DNA from: Candidatus Rokuibacteriota bacterium
GTDB lineage: Bacteria; Methylomirabilota; Methylomirabilia; Rokubacteriales; DASRDR01
DNA: 35,757 bases
Assembly (NCBI GenBank): GCA_044866005.1
Contig: JBIOTN010000064.1
Span: forward strand, 1 to 35,757
Direction: 5' to 3'
Numbering within the stretch: the stretch's first letter is position 1; every line of letters begins with the position of its first letter. The position numbers were made by a program, and so were the translations under genes. This document shows, piece after piece, positions 8,784 to 20,469 of this stretch. The notes under the pieces were generated by a model, which saw only the letters and a program-made list of their open reading frames with translations, did no database searches and was not told where the DNA came from.

Positions 8784-8811
8784 CGTTAGGCGCCGCCGGC
8801 GGCGCTGTCAA
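8783..8811 (-). promoter_or_regulatory. sigma70 promoter of the perR-rbr operon
   Basis: TTGACA-17 nt-TAACGT on the minus strand. Confidence 0.7.
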
Positions 8812-9035
8812 GCCCCACGCCGTTCGCGACGTCCGGGCCGCGCCCATCCTGCTCGCGCCGAGGTGGAACCCACGGCGACGACGACGGCAAGGGCGACCCC
8901 GTCGAGGGGCTGACCCGGGCCCTGGGATCGTGACGCGCCAGGCCGGAAGCTCCTCGGCGAGTGACCTCCTGACCGCGCCCGGCTGGTCCGGGCCCGCCCG
9001 GCGCGGTACAATTCCGCCTCAGGGGGTTCGGCCCG

Positions 9036-11846
<2,811 letters not shown>

Positions 11847-11919
11847 CCCTCGGCCGCGCCGGCAGCCTCATTGATCCCTCGCCCCCGCCGTGTAAGATAG
11901 AGCGCCGCGAGGAACGGGG

Positions 11920-12627
11920 ATGCTCCTCACCCTGACCGACAAGGTGGCGATCGTGACCGGCGGCGCGGGTGCCCTCGGCCGCGCGGTGATCCTGACCTTC
12001 CTCGAGGCCGGCGCGCTCGTCGCCGCGACCGACCGGGACGCGCGGCGGCTCGACGACGTGACGACCAAGCTCTCCGCGGGGGCGCGCGACCTGTTCCTGC
12101 CGGTGACCACCGACGTGACCGATGCGGCGAGCGTCCAGAGCCTCGTGGCCGACGTCGTGGCCCAGGCCGGACGGCTCGACGTGCTGGTCAACGTGGTCGG
12201 GGCCTTCAGCCCGGGCGACCTGGTCTCCACGGACGAGCACACCTGGGACCAGATGATGACGCTCAACCTGAAAACCGCCTACCTCTGCTGTCGCGCCGTC
12301 GTGCCGAGCATGATCACGAGCGGCGGCGGGCGGATCATCAACGTCGGCGCGCGCGCGGCATTCCCGCCCGTGGGCGGCGCGACCGCCTACACGGTGGCGA
12401 AGGCGGCGGTCGTCGCGCTGACCCAGGTGCTCGCGGAGGAGCTCCGCCCGCACCGGATCACCGTCAACGCGGTCCTGCCGAGCACGATGGACACGCCGGC
12501 CAATCGCAAGGCGATGCCGGAGGCCGATCCCGCGCGCTGGGTCGCTCCCGGGACCGTGGCCGAGACGATCTGCTTCCTCGCCTCGGACGCCGCGGCGCAG
12601 GTGACGGGCGCGCTCGTCCCGATCTGA
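11920..12627 (+). CDS. Short-chain dehydrogenase/reductase
   Basis: TGGAGALG Rossmann motif, YTVAK catalytic motif, VNAVLPSTMDTPANR. Confidence 0.93.
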   Translation: MLLTLTDKVAIVTGGAGALGRAVILTFLEAGALVAATDRDARRLDDVTTKLSAGARDLFLPVTTDVTDAASVQSLVADVVAQAGRLDVLVNVVGAFSPGDLVSTDEHTWDQMMTLNLKTAYLCCRAVVPSMITSGGGRIINVGARAAFPPVGGATAYTVAKAAVVALTQVLAEELRPHRITVNAVLPSTMDTPANRKAMPEADPARWVAPGTVAETICFLASDAAAQVTGALVPI

Positions 12628-12710
12628 CCGCGGAGGCGCCTCGCGGCGCCACGGGCATCACCGATCACTGCGGGTCGACGCCCTGTCCGCCGCGGACGCA
12701 CCAGACGGAG

Positions 12711-13031
12711 ATGGAGGTGGCCCTGGGGTCGGCGCCCACGTCGCCTGAGTCGAAAGAACACGACCCACGCGTTGGCGCCCAGGCCCAGGGGGATCACCGC
12801 GAGGCGGCGCGCCTGCTGGGCGAGGCGCTCGACCTCTACGGGTCGGAGTCGGCCGGGTTCGAGGTGGGGCGAACACGGCTGGCGCTGGCCGAGCTCGCGC
12901 ACGCGCAGGGCGATCGCGACGCGGCGAGTCGCCAGCTCCAGGAAGCCTACCGGCTGTTCGCCGCGCTGGCAGTCCCGCGGTACCTCGCGCGCGCGGAGGC
13001 GATGGCCAAGGAGTTTCGACTTCCCCTCTGA
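12711..13031 (+). pseudogene. Orphan C-terminal TPR-like fragment, probably a remnant of a large AAA/adenylate-cyclase-TPR gene
   Basis: 'EVGRTRLALAELAHAQGDRDAA...L.EA.RLF..L.VP.Y..RA' helical repeat; the first ~22 codons look non-coding and no catalytic domain is present. Confidence 0.55.
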
Positions 13032-13114
13032 CCCGGCGCCGCCCGGGGACCCCGGACCGCCGCGGCCGCCGGCGGCGCGCCGGCGCGGCCCCCTTCACCC
13101 TCTCGAGACGACGC

Positions 13115-13354
13115 CTAGGCGTCATCGTATCGATCGTATCCCGACGGATCCTTCACGACTTTGGAAGGTTTTTCGCCAAGGACCTTCTTCAAGAGGTGGA
13201 GAGCGTTCTGTTTGGCTTCGTCGAGGCTCTGCTCCATGGATTTGCCGGCCTCACCGAAAGTTTTGTTCGTGATCGACTTTCCGTTTGGCTCGGCGCCCGC
13301 GTGCCCCGCTCCCATGGGGTTATCGGGCATGTTGCATCCGCAGTTGTAACACAT
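13115..13354 (-). CDS. Small hypothetical protein with N-terminal CxxCxC motif
   Basis: AGGAGGTGA RBS, MCYNCGCNMPDNPMG; protein-like composition, more AT-rich codons than its neighbours. Confidence 0.75.
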   Translation of the reverse strand: MCYNCGCNMPDNPMGAGHAGAEPNGKSITNKTFGEAGKSMEQSLDEAKQNALHLLKKVLGEKPSKVVKDPSGYDRYDDA

Positions 13355-13393
13355 CCCGGCTCACCTCCTGAGGTCCTCGCCCAGCATTGCACG

Positions 13394-14752
13394 CTACAAC
13401 GACTTCAGGTACTCGATGAGATCCGCCTTCTCCGCCTCGGTGAGCGTCAGGCCGAGCACGCGCGAGTAGTGGCCGATCACCGCCGGGAGGTCCGCGAAGC
13501 GCCCGTCGTGATAGAAGCCGCCCTTGGCCCGCGCGAAGAGTCCCCGCAGCGGGGTCGTGCGGTAGAACCGCTTGTCGGGCGAGCGGCTGGCCTGGAACTC
13601 GTCGATGCCGATCTCCTCGGCCGTGTGCATGGACCAGCCAGGCTCCGTGAAAAGCGGCGGCACGTGGCACGAGGCGCACCGGGCTTTCCCCTCGAACAGC
13701 ACCTTCCCGCGCGCAGCGGCGTTCTTGTCGTACGAGTCGTCCGGCGGTTCCGGAGCCGGGATGGACAGCTGGTAGTAATGAAGCGCCGCCAGCTTCGAGG
13801 TGATGCGGTCGGGGTTGTCACGCTTGTTCGCGAACCCGGAACGGGCGGTGACCGGGAACTGCGCCGCGTCCTTCATGCGCGGGTCGAAGAAGGTTCCCTG
13901 GCCGTACATCTGCGTGTTCGCCACGTACGCGTTCCAATAGGTGACCGAGCCCCAGCCGGTGTAGGTGTGGAGGTTGACGCCGGCGAGTCCGAACGCCGCG
14001 GGTAAGAGCGTCGCGGCCGGCTTGCCGTCCGGCCTGGTCGCCTTGCCGTCTTGATTCAGCTCGGCGTCATATTTCCCGGGGCCCCAGCTCTTGAGCACCT
14101 TGCGCACGGTCGCGTCGTCGACGCCGAGGAGCGTCTCGAAGGGCTTCACGCTGGGGGCCAGCGCGACGATCGCTCCGACGTCCAGGTCCCGGTTCGGCCA
14201 GCCGTCCAGCCTGCGGCCGATGCCCTTGGCGAAGGAGTCGTCGACCGTGGAGTGGCAGAGCGCGCAGTGTATCCCGATCCCGGTCATCTTCTTGTCGCGG
14301 TCGAAGATGCCCGTCACGCCGACCACGGCGTTGGCCCGGAGCAGCTCCAGCGTGGTCTCCGACTTGTCCAGGCTGACGGAGCCTTGCCTGAGCACTTCGA
14401 CCAGGATCCGCGGGAGCGCGCCGATGTCGACCTTGAGTCCGACCTGAAGGGCCTGCCGGGGGGTGAGCCCCGGTCCGACGCCGCCCTGCTTGTCGCCCAG
14501 GATGGCCTCGTGAAGCCGGAGCTGACCGCCCCAGAAGGCCTCGCTGCCGAAGGTGTCGTAGCGGAAGATCTTCCGGCCCTCGTCGAACAGCTGCCTGGAG
14601 TATCGCTCGATCTTGGCGTCGAAGCTGCCCTCGGGGGCCTTCTGGGCCGTCACGGCGGGATCCGTTTCGACTCCACGCGGGCGCGTGGCGCAGGAGGACG
14701 TCAACCCGACGATGACGAGGAAGAGGCCGAGCGGAAGGGCACGGGGTCTCAT
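13394..14752 (-). CDS. Di-heme c-type cytochrome lipoprotein (CCP/MauG/RoxA-superfamily-like)
   Basis: GGAGG RBS, lipobox-like TSSC, CALCH and CASCH, C-terminal YRTTPLRGL....GFYHDG...L..VI.HY...LT..EK.DLIEYLKSL. Confidence 0.85.
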   Translation of the reverse strand: MRPRALPLGLFLVIVGLTSSCATRPRGVETDPAVTAQKAPEGSFDAKIERYSRQLFDEGRKIFRYDTFGSEAFWGGQLRLHEAILGDKQGGVGPGLTPRQALQVGLKVDIGALPRILVEVLRQGSVSLDKSETTLELLRANAVVGVTGIFDRDKKMTGIGIHCALCHSTVDDSFAKGIGRRLDGWPNRDLDVGAIVALAPSVKPFETLLGVDDATVRKVLKSWGPGKYDAELNQDGKATRPDGKPAATLLPAAFGLAGVNLHTYTGWGSVTYWNAYVANTQMYGQGTFFDPRMKDAAQFPVTARSGFANKRDNPDRITSKLAALHYYQLSIPAPEPPDDSYDKNAAARGKVLFEGKARCASCHVPPLFTEPGWSMHTAEEIGIDEFQASRSPDKRFYRTTPLRGLFARAKGGFYHDGRFADLPAVIGHYSRVLGLTLTEAEKADLIEYLKSL

Positions 14753-14859
14753 GGGGGCACCTCCGTTAGAACAGGCCCTCGAAAGCGCCCCCCCTTCTCT
14801 CAGGGTGAGGTCGTGTCGCGCCCCTGTCAATAGTGGACGACACCGGCGGAGAGCCGGAC

Positions 14860-15381
14860 TCAGGGCTCGGTCAGCCGAGCGCGGATCTCCTCCCAGGCCT
14901 TGTCGGCCAGCACGCGGACCTCATCCCCGAGGAGCGGCTGGATGGGGTGCGGGATCACCACGGGACGGTAGTCCGGCAGCCCGAGCGCCTCGGCCTGCGC
15001 GCGGGCCGCTCCCAGGAACTCCGTGGTGACGACGGTCGCGGTCGGTCGGCCCTGATCTTCGAAAAAGACGCCGTCGTGCACACTGCACGTGGTGCACGAC
15101 CCTCAGTCGGCGAGCGCCTCCACGATCGCGTCGGCCGAGGCGAGCAGCTCCTGGCGAAGCGCGTCGGGTGCGGGCTTGGCGAAGGTCGGCTTGCTGAGGC
15201 GCAGGACGGCCTTGGGACGCGCCTCGGCGCGCAAGAGCTCCTCCACGCGGTCCAGGAAGAAGTTCCCCTTCGGCTTCCCGATGTCGAGCAAGGCCACCAC
15301 CCTGCCCTCCAGGCTCGACAGGCGGGGGGCGCGCCGTCGCGGCGTCGCGGCGGAATCGGTCGGATCGAGGAACTCGGCCAT
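14860..15381 (-). CDS. UGSC-family selenoprotein (173 aa, Sec at TGA 15103-15105)
   Basis: ORFs 15103-15381 and 14860-15081 are in frame; readthrough gives ALAD-U-GSCTTCSVHD; AGGAGGAG RBS; hairpin directly after the TGA. Confidence 0.88.
15073..15100 (-). promoter_or_regulatory. Candidate bacterial SECIS hairpin
   Basis: 2 nt after the TGA: perfect 9-bp stem GTCGTGCAC/GTGCACGAC enclosing C-AC-GTGCA-GT. Confidence 0.6.
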
Positions 15382-15394
15382 CGGTCTCCTCCTG

Positions 15395-16447
15395 TCAGGC
15401 GATCTTCTTGATGACGAGCTGGCTGCCGCCCGCGAACGTGAACCCCGGAATGACGGCGGAGAACCGGCCCGCCGTCCCGCCGGCCACCACGACGACGAGG
15501 TTGTCGGGGCTCCGGAACTTCGGAATCCTCGTCTCCTCGCGGCTCGGATCGGCGAAGCGGGCGCGCACGTGCTCGGGCAGCCCCTCGCCCCACTCGTCGT
15601 TCGGGCAGAGCTCGCGCACGGGGAGCTGGCAGCGTTCCCAGAGATACTGCCGGATGGCCGGCTTGTCCCAGGCGTCGTCGGCGAGCGTGCGAGCGTGCTC
15701 CGGCGAGAGGACGACGAGCGTGTCGCCGTAGCCCGTGAGCTTCACGTTCCACGTCGCGGCCAGGCTCGCCGCGATCGAGTTCAGGATCTGCCGCCCCCGA
15801 CGGCTCCGGTGGTCGTACACCCCGTGGGGCGCCTCGCCGGCGAAGGCCGCCACCGTGCTCTCGTCGGCCCCGAAGCCCCGCTCCACGTGGAGCGGCGGCC
15901 AGGGGCTCGCCTCCTCGTGCTCGCCGATGCAGTAGGTGTAGCGCCCGGGGTGCCCGAGCGTGGACATCGCGATCACCCCCGGCCGCGCGCCGCCGAGGTT
16001 CACCATGACGAGCCGGATCGTCCGGCCGATCGTGGCGTTGGCCCGCCAGCCCGAGCCGAAGACGCCGGCCCCGCAGTTCACGTCGAGGTCCTTCCGCGCC
16101 GGGCCGTTGACGACGAGGAGGGGCGAGGCGAAGTTCGTCGTCGCCGCGACGCCGTGGAGCGCGAACGCCTCGTCACAGATCGCGCGGACGCCGGCGAGGA
16201 TGGCGCGCATGTACTCGGGCCGGGCCCCGGCCATGACGGCGTTCACGGCGATCTTCTCGATGGTCGCCCGGCCCAGGTTCGGCGGGACCACCGCCACCAG
16301 CTCCTCCCCCGGGCGGCCCGCCGCCTCCACGAACCGGCGGACCAGGTCGGCGGTGGGCGGGATGACCGGGAGGCCATCCGTCACCCCGCGGGCGTGGAGC
16401 CGCTCGATCGCGTCCAGGAGACCGGCGTCCGGAGCGGCTCCGTCCAC
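15395..16447 (-). CDS. Conserved UGSC-associated protein of unknown function
   Basis: TDGLPVIPPT, T.EKIAVNAVMAG, GWRANATIGR, TLGHPGRY..CIGE.EE.SPW.PLHVERG, VVAGG motifs; stop 13 nt before the UGSC start. Confidence 0.85.
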   Translation of the reverse strand: MDGAAPDAGLLDAIERLHARGVTDGLPVIPPTADLVRRFVEAAGRPGEELVAVVPPNLGRATIEKIAVNAVMAGARPEYMRAILAGVRAICDEAFALHGVAATTNFASPLLVVNGPARKDLDVNCGAGVFGSGWRANATIGRTIRLVMVNLGGARPGVIAMSTLGHPGRYTYCIGEHEEASPWPPLHVERGFGADESTVAAFAGEAPHGVYDHRSRRGRQILNSIAASLAATWNVKLTGYGDTLVVLSPEHARTLADDAWDKPAIRQYLWERCQLPVRELCPNDEWGEGLPEHVRARFADPSREETRIPKFRSPDNLVVVVAGGTAGRFSAVIPGFTFAGGSQLVIKKIA

Positions 16448-16569
16448 GCGGGCATTGTACGCCGGGACGGCAAGGGGCCTCTACGGCCGGGATCGCAGCC
16501 GGCGCGGCGCGGGAGGCCCGACCTCCGGCAGCCGGCGGAGCCCCGAGCGGGGCTCACGCCCCGGCCGGC

Positions 16570-16761
16570 TCACACCGCCGGTGTCGCCGGGAGGTTCTGC
16601 CAGCGGAGCGGGTCGAACTTCAGGCTGGCGGCCTGTCCGCAGTTCGGGCACCTCGCGGTGAACTGGTAGTCCTGCCCGTAGTCGTTCTTCGTCTCCACGC
16701 CGCAGGCGCCACAGATCAAGCGAAAGTGACCGCCGTCCGTCTTTCCTTCGAGTCCGAGCAT
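16570..16761 (-). CDS. Small zinc-ribbon-like protein (CxxC-x17-CxxC)
   Basis: CGAC and CPNC; host-like codon use; promoter motif upstream. Confidence 0.7.
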   Translation of the reverse strand: MLGLEGKTDGGHFRLICGACGVETKNDYGQDYQFTARCPNCGQAASLKFDPLRWQNLPATPAV

Positions 16762-16818
16762 GGCTGGTCTCTCGTCCTGCCGGGCGCGGCCGGCGCCCAG
16801 CGACGGCTCCCCGGCACG

Positions 16819-16834
16819 TGCAATCCGGGTACCG
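16819..16834 (-). promoter_or_regulatory. Putative sigma54 promoter of the zinc-ribbon gene
   Basis: CGGTACCCGGATTGCA = GG-N10-GC with TTGCA. Confidence 0.55.
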
Positions 16835-16946
16835 AACGTCGGGGGCCGGCGGCACCCCGGGGCGCCGGCGTGCGGATTCAGGGCGACGATCTGGGGTAGA
16901 ATCGCCTGAAGGACGAGAGCGGCGAGCGCGCGAGTATGGACCCGCC

Positions 16947-17876
16947 ATGCCCTGGGATCCGAGCATCGAGCCCTGGCTCGACCGTCACCCGGCGCTCCGG
17001 GCGGTCGGGAACACCCCGCTCGTCCCCCTGACCCTCTTCCGCGACGAGCTGCCCGACGTCGAGGTGTGGGCGAAGATGGAGTCGCTCAACCCCGGCGGCT
17101 CGCTCAAGGACCGCCCCGTCCTCCGGATGCTCCTCGGCGCGCTGGCCGAGGGCCGGCTCAAGCCCGGCACCACCGTGCTCGACAGCTCGTCCGGCAACGC
17201 CGGGATCGCCTACGCCATGATCGGCCGGATCGTCGGGCTGCCGGTCGAGATCGTCATCCCCGACAACGCGAGCACCGAGCGGAAGAAGCGGCTCCGCGCG
17301 CACGGCGCGCGGCTCGTCTTCACCGACGCCATCCAGGGCTACGACGAGGCGCTCCGCGAGGTGCGCCGCCGCTACGAGGCCGACCCCGCTCGCTACTTCT
17401 TCTGCGACCAGTACAGCAACCCCGACAACTGGCGCGCGCACTACGAGACGACGGCCGCGGAGATCCTCGCCCAGACCCCGGGCCGGATCACGCATCTGGT
17501 CCTCGGCGTGGGGACGGGCGGCACGGTGACGGGCCTCGGGCGGCGGTTGAAAGAGCACGACTCGCGGATCCGTCTCGTCTGCGTGGTTCCCGAAGCGTTT
17601 CCGGGGATCGAGGGGCTCAAGCCGCTCGGCCACCCCGAGGACATCGTCCCGGCCATCCTCGACGAGAGCCTGATCGACGAGCGGATCCCGGTCACCGGCG
17701 AGGAGGCCCACGCCATGTGCCTCAGACTGGCCCGGGCGGGCTTCTTCGTCGGCCAGTCCTCGGGCGCCTACCTGGTCGGCGTCGAGCGCGTCGCGCGCCG
17801 CGAGCGGCGCGGCCGCTTCGTGACTCTCTTCAACGACCTCGGCGAGCGCTACTTCTCGACGCGTCTCTGGGACTAA
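16947..17876 (+). CDS. cysM: PLP-dependent cysteine synthase (CysM-like)
   Basis: VGNTPLV, NPGGSLKDR (PLP Lys), SSSGNAG, DQYSNPDN, GVGTGGT, GERYFST. Confidence 0.88.
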   Translation: MPWDPSIEPWLDRHPALRAVGNTPLVPLTLFRDELPDVEVWAKMESLNPGGSLKDRPVLRMLLGALAEGRLKPGTTVLDSSSGNAGIAYAMIGRIVGLPVEIVIPDNASTERKKRLRAHGARLVFTDAIQGYDEALREVRRRYEADPARYFFCDQYSNPDNWRAHYETTAAEILAQTPGRITHLVLGVGTGGTVTGLGRRLKEHDSRIRLVCVVPEAFPGIEGLKPLGHPEDIVPAILDESLIDERIPVTGEEAHAMCLRLARAGFFVGQSSGAYLVGVERVARRERRGRFVTLFNDLGERYFSTRLWD

Positions 17877-17882
17877 GTCCCT

Positions 17883-17958
17883 TCGGAGGGGGCCTCGGCG
17901 GCCCCCTCCGATGCCTCGGTTGCGGCGGCAGAGCCGCCGCTCGGAGGCTCCGCCGGCC
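17883..17958 (+). repeat. REP-like repeat (TCGGAGGGGGCC-n-GGCCCCCTCCGA family), left copy
   Basis: Near-identical to the reverse complement of 19551-19631; two hairpins. Confidence 0.85.
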
Positions 17959-18041
17959 CTCCGGCGAACGGACCGGGCCTGCCTCCCCCGCCGGATTCTC
18001 GGCGACGGCGAGCGCCGATGGCCGGATGGGGCGGCAAGCCG

Positions 18042-19460
18042 CTAGCGGACGCGGCCGCGGCGGCGCCACCACCCCTGGATGAGGCCGTCCACGACCTCCG
18101 CCAGCTGGGCCAGCGTCCGGCACTCCCGCACGACGTCGCAGTGGGGCGCGTAGAGCGGCATCACCGAATCGCCCACGCCCCAGCCCCACTGGCCCTCCGG
18201 GTTGAGCCAGATGATGCCCTTCACGCGCTCGCGCATGAGGCGCAGCGCCCAGGCCTGCGGGTCGTTGTAGTTGTTCCGTGCGTCGCCCAGGATGAGGAGC
18301 GTCGTCTTGCGGTCCACCCGCTCCAGCGACTCGCGGCAGAACCGGGCGAAGGCGTACCCGAAGTCCGAGCGGCTGTGGTAATCCACGTGCGCGCCGCCCA
18401 GGGCGTGCTCGACCGCGCGCTCCACCGGGAGCGCGCGGAAGGTCCCGGAAACCTCGGCGATCTCGGAGACGAAGACGAAGCTCTGGACCCTGGAGAAGCA
18501 CTCCTGCAGGTTCCACACGAGCTGGAGCATGAAGCGGGACGCGTTGCGGACCGAGTCGGAGACGTCGCAGAGCGTGACGAGCCGCGGCTTGTCCCGATGC
18601 CGCCGCCGCCACCGGAGGTCCAGCGGCACGCCGCCGTACTGGAGGTTCGCCCGGAACGTCCGCTTGGGGTCGAGCTTTCCCCGCTGCTCCCGCCGCTGGC
18701 GCAGGGCGAGGGCGTCCTTGATCCGGCGCGCCAGGCGCGCGACCACCGCCTTCATCTGCGCCACCTCGTCGGCCGAGAGCGTGAAGAGCGGCTTGTCGGC
18801 GAGCAGCTCCCGGCGCATCCGCTCCTCGTGGCGGTATCCCCGCCGGTCGAGCTCGCGCTCGACGTGCCGGCGGACGAGCCGCCGGAACGCCTCGAGCCGC
18901 AGCTCCACGTAGGTCCTGAGCCGCGCGAGCGCGCCGGGGTCCAGGCCCTGCGCCTCGGCCGCCGCCAGGAGCGCTTCGAGGTCGGCCTCGATGTCCACCC
19001 ACGGGAACTGCTCCCAGATCCGGCGCGAGAAGTAGCCGATCTGGAGGAAGTAGAAGAGCCGCTCCAGCCCCACGGCACGGCCGCCTCGCCGGATCGCCAG
19101 CTCGAGCTCGGGCGCCTCGGCCAGCAGGAGCAGCTCGCTCAGCGGGTCGAGCTCGAGGCCGGCCTCCGCCAGCAGCCGCTCGAGGAGCGCCTGCGCCCAG
19201 GCGTCCCGGCGCGAGAGCGCCTTCGCGGTCTCCGCGCCGAGCGTCCGGAGGTCGAAGAAGTAGAGGTCGAACAGCCGATCGAAGGCGGGGAGGTCTCGCG
19301 ACTCCTTCACGAGCGTGGCGGCGAGCGCGGCGCGGAAGGTGTCGCGGTCCCCCACCCCGACCTCGGACGCCGCCTGGAGGGCGTCGAGCGCCTCCGTCGT
19401 GGACACGCGGAGCTCCGCGCGGCGGAGGTCGCCGATGAACTCGAGGATCCGATCGTCCAT
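18042..19460 (-). CDS. VWA-domain CoxE-like protein
   Basis: MIDAS DVSDS, 'RSDFG', 'ILGDARNNY', 'WLNPE...WG.GDS.M..Y'. Confidence 0.92.
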   Translation of the reverse strand: MDDRILEFIGDLRRAELRVSTTEALDALQAASEVGVGDRDTFRAALAATLVKESRDLPAFDRLFDLYFFDLRTLGAETAKALSRRDAWAQALLERLLAEAGLELDPLSELLLLAEAPELELAIRRGGRAVGLERLFYFLQIGYFSRRIWEQFPWVDIEADLEALLAAAEAQGLDPGALARLRTYVELRLEAFRRLVRRHVERELDRRGYRHEERMRRELLADKPLFTLSADEVAQMKAVVARLARRIKDALALRQRREQRGKLDPKRTFRANLQYGGVPLDLRWRRRHRDKPRLVTLCDVSDSVRNASRFMLQLVWNLQECFSRVQSFVFVSEIAEVSGTFRALPVERAVEHALGGAHVDYHSRSDFGYAFARFCRESLERVDRKTTLLILGDARNNYNDPQAWALRLMRERVKGIIWLNPEGQWGWGVGDSVMPLYAPHCDVVRECRTLAQLAEVVDGLIQGWWRRRGRVR

Positions 19461-19550
19461 CGGTGCGAGCTTAACAGAGCCACATGATGTCAGAAAGGGC
19501 GAGCCTGGCGCCGGCCCAGGGGGAGGCAGGCCCCGAGCCCGCCGCCCAAC

Positions 19551-19631
19551 GGCCGGCGGGGCTCCGAGCGGCGGCTCCGCCGACGCAACCGAGGGGAAGG
19601 CATCGGAGGGGGCCGTCGAGGCCCCCTCCGA
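19551..19631 (-). repeat. REP-like repeat, right copy (inverted relative to 17883)
   Basis: Minus strand TCGGAGGGGGCCTCGACGGCCCCCTCCGATGCC..TCGGTTGCGTCGGCGGAGCCGCCGCTCGGAG. Confidence 0.85.
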
Positions 19632-19639
19632 GGAGCTGA

Positions 19640-20329
19640 CTAGAGGTTGTCCTCGGGCAGGTTCTGGCTGTCGTGCACGACGAGGGCCTGGCCGACGAAG
19701 CTCAGGAGCCCCTGCTGGGCGAGCTGCCGGATGAGCCGCGACGTCGTCGCGCGCGTGGTGCCGGCCAGCGCGGCGATGTCCTTCTGGCGCGGGGCCTTGG
19801 GGAAGACCAGGTGGGGCCCCTCGCGCCGGCCGTGGCGCGCCCCGAGCTGGAGGAGCGCCCGGACGATGCGGCCGGCCGCGTCCACGGTCGCCAGCGTCCC
19901 GATCTGCTTGTCCGCCTCGCGGAGGCGGCGGCAGATCTCGATCAGGAGCTTCCGGCCGATGCTCGCGTGGGCTTCCAGGACGCGGAAGAACTCCTGCTGC
20001 GACAGCTCGAAGAGCTCCACCCGCGCGGCGGCGACGGCATCCGCCGAGCGCGGCCGCCCGTCGATCAGGGAGAGCTCCCCGAAGTAGTCGCCCGGGCCCA
20101 GCTCGGCGAGGACCACCTCCCGCCCTTGCCGGTTGAGCCCGATCTTGATCTGTCCCGCCGCGACGAGGAAGAGGGACGAGCCGCCCTCGCCCGCGTGGAA
20201 GACGTAGCTGTCCTTCGCCACGTCGCGGCGCTGGAGCACGCCGGCGAGCGCCAGCCGCTCGGTGAGGGTGAGGTCGGCGAAGAGCGAGGTCCGCTTCAGC
20301 ATCGCCGACACGATGGTCTCGGCGGGCAT
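19640..20329 (-). CDS. Crp/Fnr family transcriptional regulator
   Basis: cNMP cassette FGELSLIDGRPRSA; HTH QKDIAALAGTTRATTSR. Confidence 0.92.
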   Translation of the reverse strand: MPAETIVSAMLKRTSLFADLTLTERLALAGVLQRRDVAKDSYVFHAGEGGSSLFLVAAGQIKIGLNRQGREVVLAELGPGDYFGELSLIDGRPRSADAVAAARVELFELSQQEFFRVLEAHASIGRKLLIEICRRLREADKQIGTLATVDAAGRIVRALLQLGARHGRREGPHLVFPKAPRQKDIAALAGTTRATTSRLIRQLAQQGLLSFVGQALVVHDSQNLPEDNL

Positions 20330-20469
20330 CGTCGCTTATGGCAACCCGCCGAGCCGAGACCCCGGCAGATCAAGGACGCAGGGAGGAGGCGGCCCGAGGC
20401 GCATGCCGCCTACGTTTCCTCGGGCGGCGGCGCGGGGACGCAGAGGTGCGACCGGTATCGGCACGGCGG

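Noticed and set aside
8900..9035. LexA/SOS box upstream of uvrA
   Set aside because: Only a TACAAT -10-like hexamer is visible; no recognisable LexA palindrome.
14860..15381. Nonsense pseudogene or two separate small genes
   Set aside because: The TGA falls exactly at the redox position of a U/C-GSC motif, a hairpin follows it, and the downstream half has no RBS.
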